The notes below the pieces were generated by a model that saw only the letters and a list, made by a program, of their open reading frames with translations, was not told where the DNA came from and did not search any database. A program made the translations under genes and the position numbers. From IMG/VR virus record IMGVR_UViG_3300037400_004242: DNA of 64,000 nt; one strand, written 5' to 3'. Below are positions 28,208-38,689 of the stretch, piece by piece (position 1 is the stretch's first letter; the number at the start of each line of letters is the position of its first letter). This DNA comes from a virus. Its lineage: Duplodnaviria; Caudoviricetes.

Positions 28208-29545
28208 GTGAGTTCAACAAGAATTATCATCCCGAAATTGATAGCGGTTATTGATTCTAGTATTAGCATAAAATATGACCCTGTTTTAAATGGTATTATT
28301 CATAATAGAAATTCTTATTTCAGACCAAAGGCGGTTCTTGTTAAACAAGATAAAAGCTCAACTATTAACTTAAAAGCATTTACAGTTATGCGATTACCGA
28401 CGAAGAAAGGGTTGCATAATGATTTAGATATTACTTTTGAAGTTAGTAGAAAAACAAATGTAACTCGTGATATAGCTACAATTACATTTGAAATTCCTTT
28501 AATTAGTCGTGAAATAGAAGCACATCCATATATCGTTTATCATTTTACGGAAAGAGAAACTTTAACAGAGTATCCATTTATTACTTATATTAAACCTGAT
28601 GCATTGAATGTATATGATTATCCATTTATTACACATCATGATTCAACTTTTGGTTCAGGTGGAAGTAAGGTACAATGGTATTTAAATTTGTATTCTAATA
28701 AAGCACAAAAAGTTGTCCGTTGTAAAATGTATGATAGTAGCGAAGGATTTCCATTAAGAAATTGTTATTTAGAAGCATTATGTAAAGATGGAAAGCGTAG
28801 ATTCGTTCCATTAGATAGAGTGGATTCAGATTTTGATAGTGCTATGCGTGTTCAAGATAAATATGGTAATGATTATCAAATTTGTGTTGAACGTCAAGAA
28901 AATATCATTAACAAGTATTTCTCTTATGGAGACTTGTTAATACCGCTTACAAATTATGATGACTTGTATCATATTTTGGTTGGTATTTTTGGAACAGCAA
29001 GAGTTAAAATGGCTGATGATGCAAGTGGTGTATATTTTACACCTCCTGATTCTGTGGCAGGAATTACAAAATTGCTTGCAGTTGGATTAAATATAAAAAT
29101 TACAAATATATATGGCGTTACTTTTACAACATATAACAATGGTTTAAACATGACTTCTTATGGTGGCGACGAACATTGGAAAGCACATGCGATGTTAATT
29201 AAATTCCATAAACGTCAAACATTTAAAATACAATTTAAAAATGATTACTATGGGACAAGTTATACCGCAGATGCGATAGTTAAAAACGCATTAGTAATAG
29301 GAACAATTGTTGAATCAATGAGTGAACAAAGCAGTAGTTATGATATGTTGATTAAAAATCAGCGTTGGTATTTGTTTGATGTTCCAACAAACTATATTCA
29401 TATGACAAATAATTATAACAAAATAGTTTCTTATTTTATTAAACAGTATTTGTTATATCCACATTCTGGTAGAATGTACAATTATTACGATTTAGCAAAA
29501 TTTAAGTTACAAGATGACTTATATGAGAAAAATAAACAAAAATAA
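28208..29545 (+). CDS. putative tail-associated protein (paralog of 32908)
   Basis: Shares FDS..R, QIC and TTYNNGLN.TS..GDE..KA.AML with 32908. Confidence 0.6.
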   Translation: MSSTRIIIPKLIAVIDSSISIKYDPVLNGIIHNRNSYFRPKAVLVKQDKSSTINLKAFTVMRLPTKKGLHNDLDITFEVSRKTNVTRDIATITFEIPLISREIEAHPYIVYHFTERETLTEYPFITYIKPDALNVYDYPFITHHDSTFGSGGSKVQWYLNLYSNKAQKVVRCKMYDSSEGFPLRNCYLEALCKDGKRRFVPLDRVDSDFDSAMRVQDKYGNDYQICVERQENIINKYFSYGDLLIPLTNYDDLYHILVGIFGTARVKMADDASGVYFTPPDSVAGITKLLAVGLNIKITNIYGVTFTTYNNGLNMTSYGGDEHWKAHAMLIKFHKRQTFKIQFKNDYYGTSYTADAIVKNALVIGTIVESMSEQSSSYDMLIKNQRWYLFDVPTNYIHMTNNYNKIVSYFIKQYLLYPHSGRMYNYYDLAKFKLQDDLYEKNKQK

Positions 29546-29548
29546 TAG

Positions 29549-31483
29549 GTGGTGAGTAGTTTGTCAGGAATAAAAGTTACTTATCCTGGTTCATCTGGTG
29601 GTACATCAAGTGGTGGAACAACAGGTGGAACTTCAGGCGGCAGTACGATGGGAATACCACAGCAGAAAGATATTTTAACGCCAAATTCAAAAATTGATGA
29701 AGTAAATCAATGGGAAAATGATATTTACCTAATTGATGAACAAGATTATGTTCACGGTGGTAAAGATGGCTATGATAACGTACCGCATCAGCAGTTGGCA
29801 AATCGTACAAAATTTCTGAAATCTACGTGTGAAAAATTAAGAAAAGATTTAACAGATTTTCAAAATGCAGTTAAAGCACAAGATACAGCAAATGCAAACG
29901 ATTCGTTAGTAATTCATAATATGATTACGAATATTCGTACAGATTTGGATAATTTAAAGTCTGTAGTTGATGCGAATGATGCAAATGCACAAGCGGCAAT
30001 TACAAATTTGCAAACTGCTGTTGCAAATTTAATTACGCAATTAGCGAACCATAAGCATAAGTATGCTGGTTCAGATACTTATGGTGGGGATGCTAATACA
30101 GTAAAAGTTCTTGTTGATAATGCAAGTAAGTTATTGTTGACAGGTACAACAGGTGCGAATCCAAATTGTCTGTATCGAACAAGTAATGTATATATTCAGA
30201 ATGATGAAGTTACAGCACGACAATTTAATGGTAAATTAAATGGTGATGCATTAACAGCAAAGAAACTAACATCAAAGACACAGATTACATATTATAATGA
30301 TGTTATTGGTTCTTATTTATTTGATGGTTCTTCTCCAAATATTTCTGTTAAAATGAGTTTGAATACGACAGGTGTTACGGCTGATACGTATGGTAATAAT
30401 GCTTCTCATACGTTAACCATGAGCGAATCATTTGTTGTTCCAAAATTTGCAGTTAATAGTAAAGGGCAGTTAACTCATGCAGAAGATATAGTTTTAAAAC
30501 TTCCTGATGAAGCAGTAAGTGGTACGACTAATGCCACACAAAAAGGAGGTAAATTATATCTCATTGGTGGTAAGCATCAAAATCCAAAAGAATTTACGTA
30601 TAGTAATAATAAAGCGTATATGATAGATGGCACATTGTATTCTAATGATAGACAGGTTATCAATACGCATGATACACAATCTTTATGGAATAAAACATAT
30701 GAAGGTTATACATTAAAAGAAGCATGTAGTCGTGATGTAGAAACAAATACACAAGGTGTTAATGGCAGTAATAAACTTGTAACAAGTGATGCATTATTTA
30801 ACCATCAACATAAATATGCGGGTTCAGATACATATGGTGGGGATGCGAATACTGTTAAATTGACGTTAAATGATACTAACAAACGTTTTTTAACTGTAAA
30901 TCAAGGATTTAGTGGTCCACTTGAATATAATGACGAAGCATATATTGAAGGAAATGATTTAACAGTTCCTGTTGTTCATGCAACAGACATAATGCATATT
31001 CCTGGTGGTAAAGTTTGGATTGATACAAGCGTTAATGCAAAAGATGGTGGTGTGTTTAATCCTGCAATTGTTAAATGGATTCAGGAAATTCAGAAAAGTT
31101 CAAAATTGTTTTCAGGATTTATGGGTTCAGATACGCATAAAGGAAAATTGGCAGGTTCATTAGCATCATGTGATGCAGGTACAATTTTAAGTTATTCTGC
31201 GGGCGGCTACGTATTAGCAGATAACACAACGCAGTCAACATCTACAAATGTTGTAATCGCTTTGACAGATAGTGATACAAGTAAAAATGTATGGGTAAGT
31301 CAAGTAGCTATTTTTGAGACAAATGACTTTGCACATGATGGTGAAATGGTGTATTTGGATAAAAATGGTCAAACAACATTTACACGTCCAAAGACAGTCG
31401 GTGAAATTTCAAAACGTTTGGGATATATGGAAAACCAAATGTTTGTATTCAATGGTGCATATGTTGAATTGTTGAATAAATAA
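29549..31483 (+). CDS. tail fibre protein B
   Basis: Fibre N-terminus WENDIYLIDEQDYVHGG..G.DN...QQLANRTKFLK; two HxHKYAGSDTYGGDANTVK repeats. Confidence 0.85.
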   Translation: MVSSLSGIKVTYPGSSGGTSSGGTTGGTSGGSTMGIPQQKDILTPNSKIDEVNQWENDIYLIDEQDYVHGGKDGYDNVPHQQLANRTKFLKSTCEKLRKDLTDFQNAVKAQDTANANDSLVIHNMITNIRTDLDNLKSVVDANDANAQAAITNLQTAVANLITQLANHKHKYAGSDTYGGDANTVKVLVDNASKLLLTGTTGANPNCLYRTSNVYIQNDEVTARQFNGKLNGDALTAKKLTSKTQITYYNDVIGSYLFDGSSPNISVKMSLNTTGVTADTYGNNASHTLTMSESFVVPKFAVNSKGQLTHAEDIVLKLPDEAVSGTTNATQKGGKLYLIGGKHQNPKEFTYSNNKAYMIDGTLYSNDRQVINTHDTQSLWNKTYEGYTLKEACSRDVETNTQGVNGSNKLVTSDALFNHQHKYAGSDTYGGDANTVKLTLNDTNKRFLTVNQGFSGPLEYNDEAYIEGNDLTVPVVHATDIMHIPGGKVWIDTSVNAKDGGVFNPAIVKWIQEIQKSSKLFSGFMGSDTHKGKLAGSLASCDAGTILSYSAGGYVLADNTTQSTSTNVVIALTDSDTSKNVWVSQVAIFETNDFAHDGEMVYLDKNGQTTFTRPKTVGEISKRLGYMENQMFVFNGAYVELLNK

Positions 31484-31497
31484 AAGGAGGACATAAT

Positions 31498-31929
31498 ATG
31501 TCAACAACACCGAATGAGTATATTAATATTTATACAGGAGCTGTGACAGATGGTGGAAAAGACGGAGATTTAGTATCTCAGAATCAATTACAAACATCCC
31601 CTGTAACAGTATCTTTGGATGCTAAAAAGAATGAGGTTAAGTATATTTTATGTGCAGTTCGTACACAAAAAGGATATAAATCTACAAAAACTGCAATTAG
31701 TTTTGTTGGACAAACAAGAACAAAATGGAGAATTGCATTGGATGCAGGTTTTAAAGATGATAAAGAAGCAAAGGCAAAAGGATTGTTTAAAAATTCTTTA
31801 TTAATTACAAATGATATAACAGATACAAACACTTTGTTTTGGTTAGAAATATCATCGTCTGATGATGAAAAACCGAAAAAGGACGTATCAGTATCCATAC
31901 GAATAGATAGCTTTATTGTCACAGTATAA
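31498..31929 (+). CDS. putative tail-associated structural protein
   Basis: Lies in the fibre module; beta-rich; RBS aggagg. Confidence 0.55.
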   Translation: MSTTPNEYINIYTGAVTDGGKDGDLVSQNQLQTSPVTVSLDAKKNEVKYILCAVRTQKGYKSTKTAISFVGQTRTKWRIALDAGFKDDKEAKAKGLFKNSLLITNDITDTNTLFWLEISSSDDEKPKKDVSVSIRIDSFIVTV

Positions 31930-31945
31930 AAAGAGGGGATGAAAT

Positions 31946-32923
31946 ATGAGTATTGTTTATATGAATCCTGGTTTTGTACACTTGTTTCAAGGCGATACTT
32001 TCCCCTATTTTGAAGGTACAAAAGAGAAGTATACAAAATGTCAACAATATTTTGTACCATTAGACCATAAAAATTGGCATACTGTTTACACAAACGAAAA
32101 AATATTTGATTGGTATATTCGATTTGATATATATACAAATTTGGCAAATAAGCCAACCGATAAAAAAGAAGGATTCTTTCGTTTAATTACGTATGATAAA
32201 GATGAAACGAAAATTAAGGATATAACGATAAGTGTAGATTCAAGAGATAATTTAGTTTTATCAAGTGGAGAAGAAACTTTGTTAAAAACTCCATTACAAT
32301 TAGAAAAATTACATTGTTTTGAACTTCATGTAAAGAGTAATGAAAAATCAGAAACGATAGAATTATGGCATGGAGAAGAAAGAATTTATACAAATGGTAT
32401 GACAATTTATCAAAGATTGGATGGAAAGCAACCTGTTACAATTCAGATAAAGAATATTGTATATTTGCCAACAAAAGAAACGTATCGTTTTGGTATTGCA
32501 TTATCAGATTTTATTATTGGCAATACTAGATTGGGGAATTGTTATTGTCAAATATTGGATACAGATGTAAAATCTACGTTCAATAAAAAAAGTGATGGTA
32601 CATATGAAACAGAAATGTACAATAAATTTATTAATCAGACACTATCAAATTTAGACCAAATTAAAGATGTTAAGGACATGAAAAGTCTAGTTTTGGCTTT
32701 ATCAATCTCTGCTGTAGATGCAATTACTCCATTTTATAAAAATAACTTCTTGAAATATTGGGTAGATGATACTGGAATTAATTTACAAGATTTGCCTGAA
32801 ATAAAAGAAAAGGGCGTTCAATCAGAAGTTATGGAAACAGACCCTGTAGAGGGTGGATTTTGGATGTATGATACATTACAGAGAACTTATAAAATGATGA
32901 GTGGAGAGTGGGAATGGTCATGA
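31946..32923 (+). CDS. putative tail/receptor-binding protein, YxNPG family
   Basis: N-terminal VYMNPGF. Confidence 0.6.
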   Translation: MSIVYMNPGFVHLFQGDTFPYFEGTKEKYTKCQQYFVPLDHKNWHTVYTNEKIFDWYIRFDIYTNLANKPTDKKEGFFRLITYDKDETKIKDITISVDSRDNLVLSSGEETLLKTPLQLEKLHCFELHVKSNEKSETIELWHGEERIYTNGMTIYQRLDGKQPVTIQIKNIVYLPTKETYRFGIALSDFIIGNTRLGNCYCQILDTDVKSTFNKKSDGTYETEMYNKFINQTLSNLDQIKDVKDMKSLVLALSISAVDAITPFYKNNFLKYWVDDTGINLQDLPEIKEKGVQSEVMETDPVEGGFWMYDTLQRTYKMMSGEWEWS

Positions 32924-34134
32924 CGATGAAACAAACACTTGGTCGCCCAAAAGTTTTTATAGTCAAAATAGATTCAGATACTTCTGCATTTAAATATGTA
33001 TCTCAAAGAATAGATACTTGTCGTGTTCTTAGTCGAACGATTATGGAACGTTACGATACGAGACGTAATGTGTACATTACAAATCAAGTAGATTATGATA
33101 CAAAACGTGATGTTCATAATATGAATAATATTCAATTTGATACTTCACGCAAGATTAATACAGATGTGCAAACAGATTCTGATACAAAACGTTTTGTAAA
33201 ATCTGATGTTCCTGTAGATGGATATTCTTTTTGGGTAAATGCAGACGGTCATAGTCCTGTTGAATGTATTATTTTTACAAACATTTCATATTTCCCATAT
33301 CCTGATAAATTTGTGAAAGTACTGTTGGATGCTAATGGGAATTATGGGTTTTTACCATTAGCTCCTGTAGGTTCAGAATTTGATAGTGGATTTAGATTTA
33401 CAGAAGATGATGGTACTGTTTGGCAAATTTGTACGGATGTTATTTATGATTTAATTGACCAGTTATTTATCAATGATAATTATTTCATTAATATGTCAAG
33501 TTTAAATTATGTTCATCATGCATTAAGAAAAGTTTTTAATGATGACCATGTTACTAAAGATAGTACAAAAAATTGTATTTATTTTAAAACAATGATGACA
33601 AGTTGTGGGATACATAAAATGTTTGTGATTGGTTTGGATTGTAAAATTTCATGGAAGAATAATAATGACAAGGATGACTGGACAAATACAATTACATTGA
33701 CAACTTATAATAATGGTTTAAACGATACATCGTTTACTGGTGATGAAAAACATAAAGCAGATGCGATGTTAGTAGAATTTGAACAAAATAAATTGTATAA
33801 GATAGAATTTTCTAATAAACATAAAGGAATATCTTATGATGCAACAACAGAACCAATTAAAAATTGTATTATTTTTGGTAAGGATGTTGAGAAATTACTT
33901 GAAAAATCTTCTAATTATGAACGTTTATTGAAAACACAGCATTATTTTACATATGATGATATAGCTGATGATTTTGTTGATGCTGAACCAGCAACAAGTT
34001 CATATAATAAAGATATGAATGATATGAAAAAAATGTGGTTAGACCATACAGTTACAAAGCATCATTATAATTATTATAAATTGGAAGATTTAAGCCTTAG
34101 TAAATATGGTGTTCCTGAAGGTGTAACTCCATAA
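32908..34134 (+). CDS. putative tail-associated protein with DTxR repeats
   Basis: IDTCR, YDTRR, YDTKR, FDTSR, SDTKR at ~13-aa spacing. Confidence 0.6.
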   Translation: MGMVMTMKQTLGRPKVFIVKIDSDTSAFKYVSQRIDTCRVLSRTIMERYDTRRNVYITNQVDYDTKRDVHNMNNIQFDTSRKINTDVQTDSDTKRFVKSDVPVDGYSFWVNADGHSPVECIIFTNISYFPYPDKFVKVLLDANGNYGFLPLAPVGSEFDSGFRFTEDDGTVWQICTDVIYDLIDQLFINDNYFINMSSLNYVHHALRKVFNDDHVTKDSTKNCIYFKTMMTSCGIHKMFVIGLDCKISWKNNNDKDDWTNTITLTTYNNGLNDTSFTGDEKHKADAMLVEFEQNKLYKIEFSNKHKGISYDATTEPIKNCIIFGKDVEKLLEKSSNYERLLKTQHYFTYDDIADDFVDAEPATSSYNKDMNDMKKMWLDHTVTKHHYNYYKLEDLSLSKYGVPEGVTP

Positions 34135-34244
34135 TAAAAAAGGATGACTATAATAAAGAAAATGCCCCATATGGTGATATGAAGAAGTTAATTGATAAGT
34201 ATTTTGATGTAGATTGGGAAAAATAATTTTTCAATGATACAATA

Positions 34245-34272
34245 AAAAGCACGATTTGAATCGTGCTTTTTT
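34245..34272 (+). terminator. intrinsic terminator
   Basis: AAAAGCACGATT/AATCGTGCTTTT. Confidence 0.75.
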
Positions 34273-34334
34273 GCTATATATTCAATTATTGAAACTATAT
34301 TTTTAATGAAAGATATAATATAGGAGGTGCATTT

Positions 34335-34508
34335 ATGAGACTAAAATATCGTATTAAGAAATTTTTTACAAAAAGAAATATAATAAAAATATTAGATGCA
34401 ATTGTAAAAATTCTAACAGAAACATTGTTTTTTGTGATAGCAGTTGCATTTATTAATTTTATGATTTTTGTGGTTGTGAAACTTCTTGTTTTCTTGTTAG
34501 GGGCATAA
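34335..34508 (+). CDS. small membrane protein (57 aa)
   Basis: RBS aggagg; basic N-terminus then a long hydrophobic helix; below the ORF-track cutoff. Confidence 0.7.
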   Translation: MRLKYRIKKFFTKRNIIKILDAIVKILTETLFFVIAVAFINFMIFVVVKLLVFLLGA

Positions 34509-34512
34509 TTAA

Positions 34513-34884
34513 ATGGGATTAAAATTTGATAAAATTAAAGAAGAAAACGAAAAAGATAATAAACGACTTGTTGATGAATTAGAAAAAGAATTAGAAACAG
34601 CAGAAGATATAGAAGTAAAAGGTAATAAAGTTGGTATAAAAACAAAAAATCGAACGGTAGAATTAAATGGGAAACCTACAGAAATAGAAATGAACGTGAA
34701 TCGTTGTATGTTTTGTGGTCATGTTGGAACAAGTCAGCATCCATTATTTTCAATGGATGGAAAAAGTTTTATTTGCAAACCATGTTTAATTATGGGGTTT
34801 AGAACAATGTTGTTAAATCATGTTTCTATGCCTACTGTGGAGGAAATGAGTACAGATGAAAAATTTGATGCCTATCAGTACTGA
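34513..34884 (+). CDS. protein with ClpX-type C4 zinc finger
   Basis: RCMFCG...LFSMDGKSFICKPC resembles the ClpX N-terminal zinc-binding domain. Confidence 0.55.
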   Translation: MGLKFDKIKEENEKDNKRLVDELEKELETAEDIEVKGNKVGIKTKNRTVELNGKPTEIEMNVNRCMFCGHVGTSQHPLFSMDGKSFICKPCLIMGFRTMLLNHVSMPTVEEMSTDEKFDAYQY

Positions 34885-35449
34885 TGTATATGATTTATTA
34901 ATAGATAAAGGTATTAAAGAAAATGAAGTAATAGATGTATTAAAAAATATTTTATCAGATATTACTTCTCATTATTCTGTGCAAATAAAATTAGAAGAAA
35001 ATTATTTTAATATGCTTCAAGATATTGTTTGGTATAATTTAGAGAAGCAAGATGAAAATGATTTATCAAATGTAGGTAGGATGTATCCTAGTTTTCAATC
35101 TTTGTTTGATGTAGAAAATAAATTAGAATATAAGGATATTGTTTCTGTATCAGATAACTTAAAAGACATTAAAGAAAAATTAAAAGATTGCTATATTGTT
35201 CAATTAACAGGACCAAATGCATTATTTGAAAATCCATTTACAAAAATACGTTATGTAGATAAAAGAAAAAATAAACAAATACAAAAATCAGTACGCAAAA
35301 CAAAAAATATGATAACATGTGTAATCAAAGAACAAGTTATCGTATATAAAATGGAAGAAATAAAGTTAAATAATGTAATTGATACATTATTAGATGCAAT
35401 TGAAAAAGCAGAGAAAAATCATAGTAATATTGAGGTGACGTTTTTATGA
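34856..35449 (+). CDS. hypothetical protein
   Basis: ORF with RBS ggagg. Confidence 0.7.
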   Translation: MKNLMPISTDVYDLLIDKGIKENEVIDVLKNILSDITSHYSVQIKLEENYFNMLQDIVWYNLEKQDENDLSNVGRMYPSFQSLFDVENKLEYKDIVSVSDNLKDIKEKLKDCYIVQLTGPNALFENPFTKIRYVDKRKNKQIQKSVRKTKNMITCVIKEQVIVYKMEEIKLNNVIDTLLDAIEKAEKNHSNIEVTFL

Positions 35450-35772
35450 GTATGGAGAAACAGGCAAGATATGGAGATAAAGTTAAAATTACTTGCCCTC
35501 ATGGAATACAAATAGGAATTATTAAATCAGGCAGTTCTTATAGTTTTAGTGATAGTAAAAAAATTGCTAGATTAACAGATGTTGTAATTTGTACAACATG
35601 TGGAGCAAAAGGACATATTATTACAGGAAGTCCTTATACATTTCAAGATAGTTTAGCAACAGCTAGAGTTACAGATAAGTGTGTTGGAACTTGTAAATGG
35701 GGATGTAAACATTGTCCTCATAGTCGTACAGGAGTTATTATTGAAGGTAGTAATTATAAACATGCTGGTTAA
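35446..35772 (+). CDS. PAAR-like tail spike tip protein
   Basis: Three AR(Y/L/V)xD repeats with Cys/His ligands and I.xGS motifs. Confidence 0.8.
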   Translation: MSMEKQARYGDKVKITCPHGIQIGIIKSGSSYSFSDSKKIARLTDVVICTTCGAKGHIITGSPYTFQDSLATARVTDKCVGTCKWGCKHCPHSRTGVIIEGSNYKHAG

Positions 35773-35808
35773 TGCAATTCCAATAATTAATTAATGAAAG
35801 GATAAAAC

Positions 35809-36609
35809 ATGAGTTCTTTTGATGATTTTGTAAATCAATTTGATGAATGGAAAGAATCTAAAAATTTAATGATAGACATTCACAATTCTTGTTTATATGG
35901 ATGGAAAATTGGGTTAAATGTACAAAAAGACTTTAAAAGTCATTTGACGAATGAGGATGAAGGATTCGATGCCGCAACTGTAAAACAATTTCAAAGCATG
36001 TTTGAAATTGGTGGAAATATGATGGGTGTAGAAATTATATCTTTATTAAAGTCACAGAATAATATAAATAAGATTTGTTTATATAAAATAAGTGAGGGGA
36101 AAGATACTACAACGTTAAAAGATGTTGTATTCCAAGCCAACAAACAATTGTTTAAAAAGAAACTAATGAAAGACCCATTAGGTGGGTACATGGATTGGAA
36201 ATATGCTGTGAAAATCGGCGGTTTAAATATTAGAGATAGTAAAAATACCTATGTAGATGCACAAGATGTTGGTGACTTCGGAACATTTCATGGGGATGAA
36301 AATGGAGTACATGTGTGGGGTACTGTTAATTATACTACCTCTGATGTTATAATAAATCGTATTACAGATAAAAATGCAAAAAAAGCATTTGATTTGGAGA
36401 AAGAGTATCAGCAAATATTAAAAATCAATCCAGTCATTTTTTCAACAAGTGGTGGCAGTTCTACAGATTCATCAACAACTACTACTTCAACAACAATTGG
36501 AAAAGAATTAAATAAGAAACCTATTTCTTTGGAAAAAGAAGATTTTAAGATTTCGTATACGAAATTTGTAGAACCTGTCACCATAGTTTGGGAATACACA
36601 CTTCCTTAA
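35809..36609 (+). CDS. hypothetical protein
   Basis: ORF with an S/T-rich linker. Confidence 0.7.
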   Translation: MSSFDDFVNQFDEWKESKNLMIDIHNSCLYGWKIGLNVQKDFKSHLTNEDEGFDAATVKQFQSMFEIGGNMMGVEIISLLKSQNNINKICLYKISEGKDTTTLKDVVFQANKQLFKKKLMKDPLGGYMDWKYAVKIGGLNIRDSKNTYVDAQDVGDFGTFHGDENGVHVWGTVNYTTSDVIINRITDKNAKKAFDLEKEYQQILKINPVIFSTSGGSSTDSSTTTTSTTIGKELNKKPISLEKEDFKISYTKFVEPVTIVWEYTLP

Positions 36610-36628
36610 AATTTATAGGTGATAAAAT

Positions 36629-36832
36629 ATGAAATTCAGAACAAATTTATTCGAGTATAATGATACAGAACGTATTGCAGATGATAGTTCTAAAAACAAT
36701 GTAGAATGTTCCATTAATGGTAATAAAGTGGCTTTAATTGGTAAGGAAGCAAACATTCGTTCGGTGTTAAATAATTGCTTTGAGTTTTATAATATTCAAG
36801 AAGATAACGATATTTTGTTAGTTAATTGCTAA
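36629..36832 (+). CDS. hypothetical protein
   Basis: RBS aggtg. Confidence 0.6.
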   Translation: MKFRTNLFEYNDTERIADDSSKNNVECSINGNKVALIGKEANIRSVLNNCFEFYNIQEDNDILLVNC

Positions 36833-37263
36833 GAAAGAGGATTATCGTGAATAAATTTTTAGATGATTCTAAGATTATAAAAAAGGAAGAACAAGCAGAA
36901 GAATCTTTTGATTTGGGATTTGATGAAGAAGAACAAAAAGAGGAACATCCAATTCAAGCAAAAGAAGAAAAAAAGAAAATTATTCCAAAAAAGAAAAATG
37001 TAGAGAAAAAGGAAAAAGTAAATATACTTCAACCAAAAACAAAATTAGAAATTTTGGTAGAAATGGTTAATAAAACGAACGAGCAATTAATCAGTAAATA
37101 TATTGATTTAGATTTAAATCAATTTTTGTATAATGATTGTGGAAGTAATGCTGAAAGGAATCGTTATCAACAAACAATTAAAAATATTGCTCATGATATT
37201 AGAATCATTGAAAAGAAATTACAGTTTTTGCAAAAACGATATAATGATGAAAAAAAGGGATAA
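36826..37263 (+). CDS. hypothetical charged protein
   Basis: K/E-rich ORF; start uncertain. Confidence 0.65.
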   Translation: MLRKRIIVNKFLDDSKIIKKEEQAEESFDLGFDEEEQKEEHPIQAKEEKKKIIPKKKNVEKKEKVNILQPKTKLEILVEMVNKTNEQLISKYIDLDLNQFLYNDCGSNAERNRYQQTIKNIAHDIRIIEKKLQFLQKRYNDEKKG

Positions 37264-37292
37264 TAAATATCCTTTTTTTTATATATAGAGGT

Positions 37293-37802
37293 GTGAAAAT
37301 AATGGCAGAAAGTCAAATGCATAAAAAATTAAAAATTATTGCTTCAGCTTTTTTAAAAAAGCATTGTATTGATATTGTTTCTACTGAAACAAAATTTCGT
37401 AATATGCATAGTGTAGCGGATGCATGTGGCATTAATTTAAAGAAAAAAGAAATACGTGTAGTGGAAGTAAAAGCATCATTACAAGACTATAAGCGTGATA
37501 CAAAATTATTTAATTTAGAGAAATCATATTATCCACATTGTAATTATTTTTATATTATGTGTCCAACAGATGTAATACCAAAAGATTTGGTATTAAAAGA
37601 ATTCGGTTTATTGTATGTTGATGAAAATAATATAATAACAGTTGTACAAACTCCGACGAAAAATAAAAAGTTAAAAACTAGATTTGAAACTACATTAAAA
37701 AATTCATGTAGAAGTATGACAAATGATTTAGTGTTTAAATTAATGCGTGTTGCAGATTATGTAAAAGGATTTAAATATTCTAATAAATTAGATAAAGAAT
37801 GA
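37293..37802 (+). CDS. PD-(D/E)xK nuclease, MmcB-like
   Basis: ADACG...VVEVKASLQDYKRD.K...YYPHCNYFY. Confidence 0.75.
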   Translation: MKIMAESQMHKKLKIIASAFLKKHCIDIVSTETKFRNMHSVADACGINLKKKEIRVVEVKASLQDYKRDTKLFNLEKSYYPHCNYFYIMCPTDVIPKDLVLKEFGLLYVDENNIITVVQTPTKNKKLKTRFETTLKNSCRSMTNDLVFKLMRVADYVKGFKYSNKLDKE

Positions 37803-37818
37803 TAAAGGAGATAAACAA

Positions 37819-38028
37819 ATGGAAGATAAGTTAATGTTCATTTTATTCGCGTTAATTGCATTAGGGTTGCAAATTACTATTTTTTGTTGTAAAATGGTAG
37901 TGGTATATTGTTGTGCATATTTAATTTCAACATTTTTTGGATTTACATTATTATCTTGGATGCAAGTATTTATATTAACGATTATTTTAGAAGTTATTAG
38001 AATTGTTTATTTAAGAACATTAAGTTAA
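37819..38028 (+). CDS. small membrane protein
   Basis: Almost wholly hydrophobic; RBS aaggag. Confidence 0.7.
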   Translation: MEDKLMFILFALIALGLQITIFCCKMVVVYCCAYLISTFFGFTLLSWMQVFILTIILEVIRIVYLRTLS

Positions 38029-38063
38029 AAATAAAAAAATAAAAGTAGTGAGGTGATGATAAT

Positions 38064-38648
38064 ATGGCAAAGATATTTTGTTTGGTAGGAGCGAGTTGTA
38101 GCGGTAAAGATACAATATTTCGTAATTTAGTAGATAGTAATTTATCAGTTGTTCCAATTGTGACATATACAACTCGTCCAATTCGACCGAATGAAAAAAA
38201 TGGTAGAGAATATTATTTTGTTGATAAACATAATTTTATTAAATTACGTCATCAAGGTAAAATTATTGAATCACGTATATATCACACGGTACATGGAGAT
38301 TGGATATATTTTACAGCAAATGATGGGCAGTTTGATATGACCTCTAATAAAAAGTATTTGATGATAAATACTTTGGAAGGTGTTAGTAAGTTACAAAGAT
38401 TATATAAAGATGATGTGGTTACAATTCATTTATGCGTAGGAGATAGAGAACGGTTATTAAGAAATCTTTCTCGTGAAATGAATGGAAATGAAGATTATGT
38501 GGAAATGTGCAGAAGATTTATTTCTGATACGAAAGACTTTAGTGTAGAGAATCTTGCTAGATTGCACATTAAAGAAATCCGTGTTGTAAATGAAAACATT
38601 CCTGATTGCGTAAAAGAAGTTTCACAAATTATAACAAATAAGAACTAA
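38064..38648 (+). CDS. gmk: guanylate kinase
   Basis: P-loop GASCSGKDT and GK signature TTRPIRPNEKNGREYYFV. Confidence 0.9.
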   Translation: MAKIFCLVGASCSGKDTIFRNLVDSNLSVVPIVTYTTRPIRPNEKNGREYYFVDKHNFIKLRHQGKIIESRIYHTVHGDWIYFTANDGQFDMTSNKKYLMINTLEGVSKLQRLYKDDVVTIHLCVGDRERLLRNLSREMNGNEDYVEMCRRFISDTKDFSVENLARLHIKEIRVVNENIPDCVKEVSQIITNKN

Positions 38649-38653
38649 ATAAA

Positions 38654-38689
38654 AATAAGCCCGACGATGAGTATCAGGCTTATTTTTTT
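38654..38689 (+). terminator. intrinsic terminator
   Basis: AATAAGCC/GGCTTATT hairpin with T tract. Confidence 0.7.

Noticed and set aside
34135-34226. Short open frame DDYNKENAPYGDMKKLIDKYFDVDWEK*
   Set aside because: It has no convincing start or RBS. It may be a gene remnant but is too short to call.
34335-34508. 57-aa ORF ending LLGA* as a member of the G-phi family
   Set aside because: It is a transmembrane peptide in the late region, and its ending (aggggc) plausibly serves as the RBS for 34513. Membership is unsupported but not fully excluded.
9150-37263. Proteins ending in terminal Gly (VRG*, KKG*, VKG*) as tag members
   Set aside because: Gly is the last rather than the penultimate residue, the -15 pattern is absent, and AAGGG(G) RBS-like or terminator sequence explains the codons.
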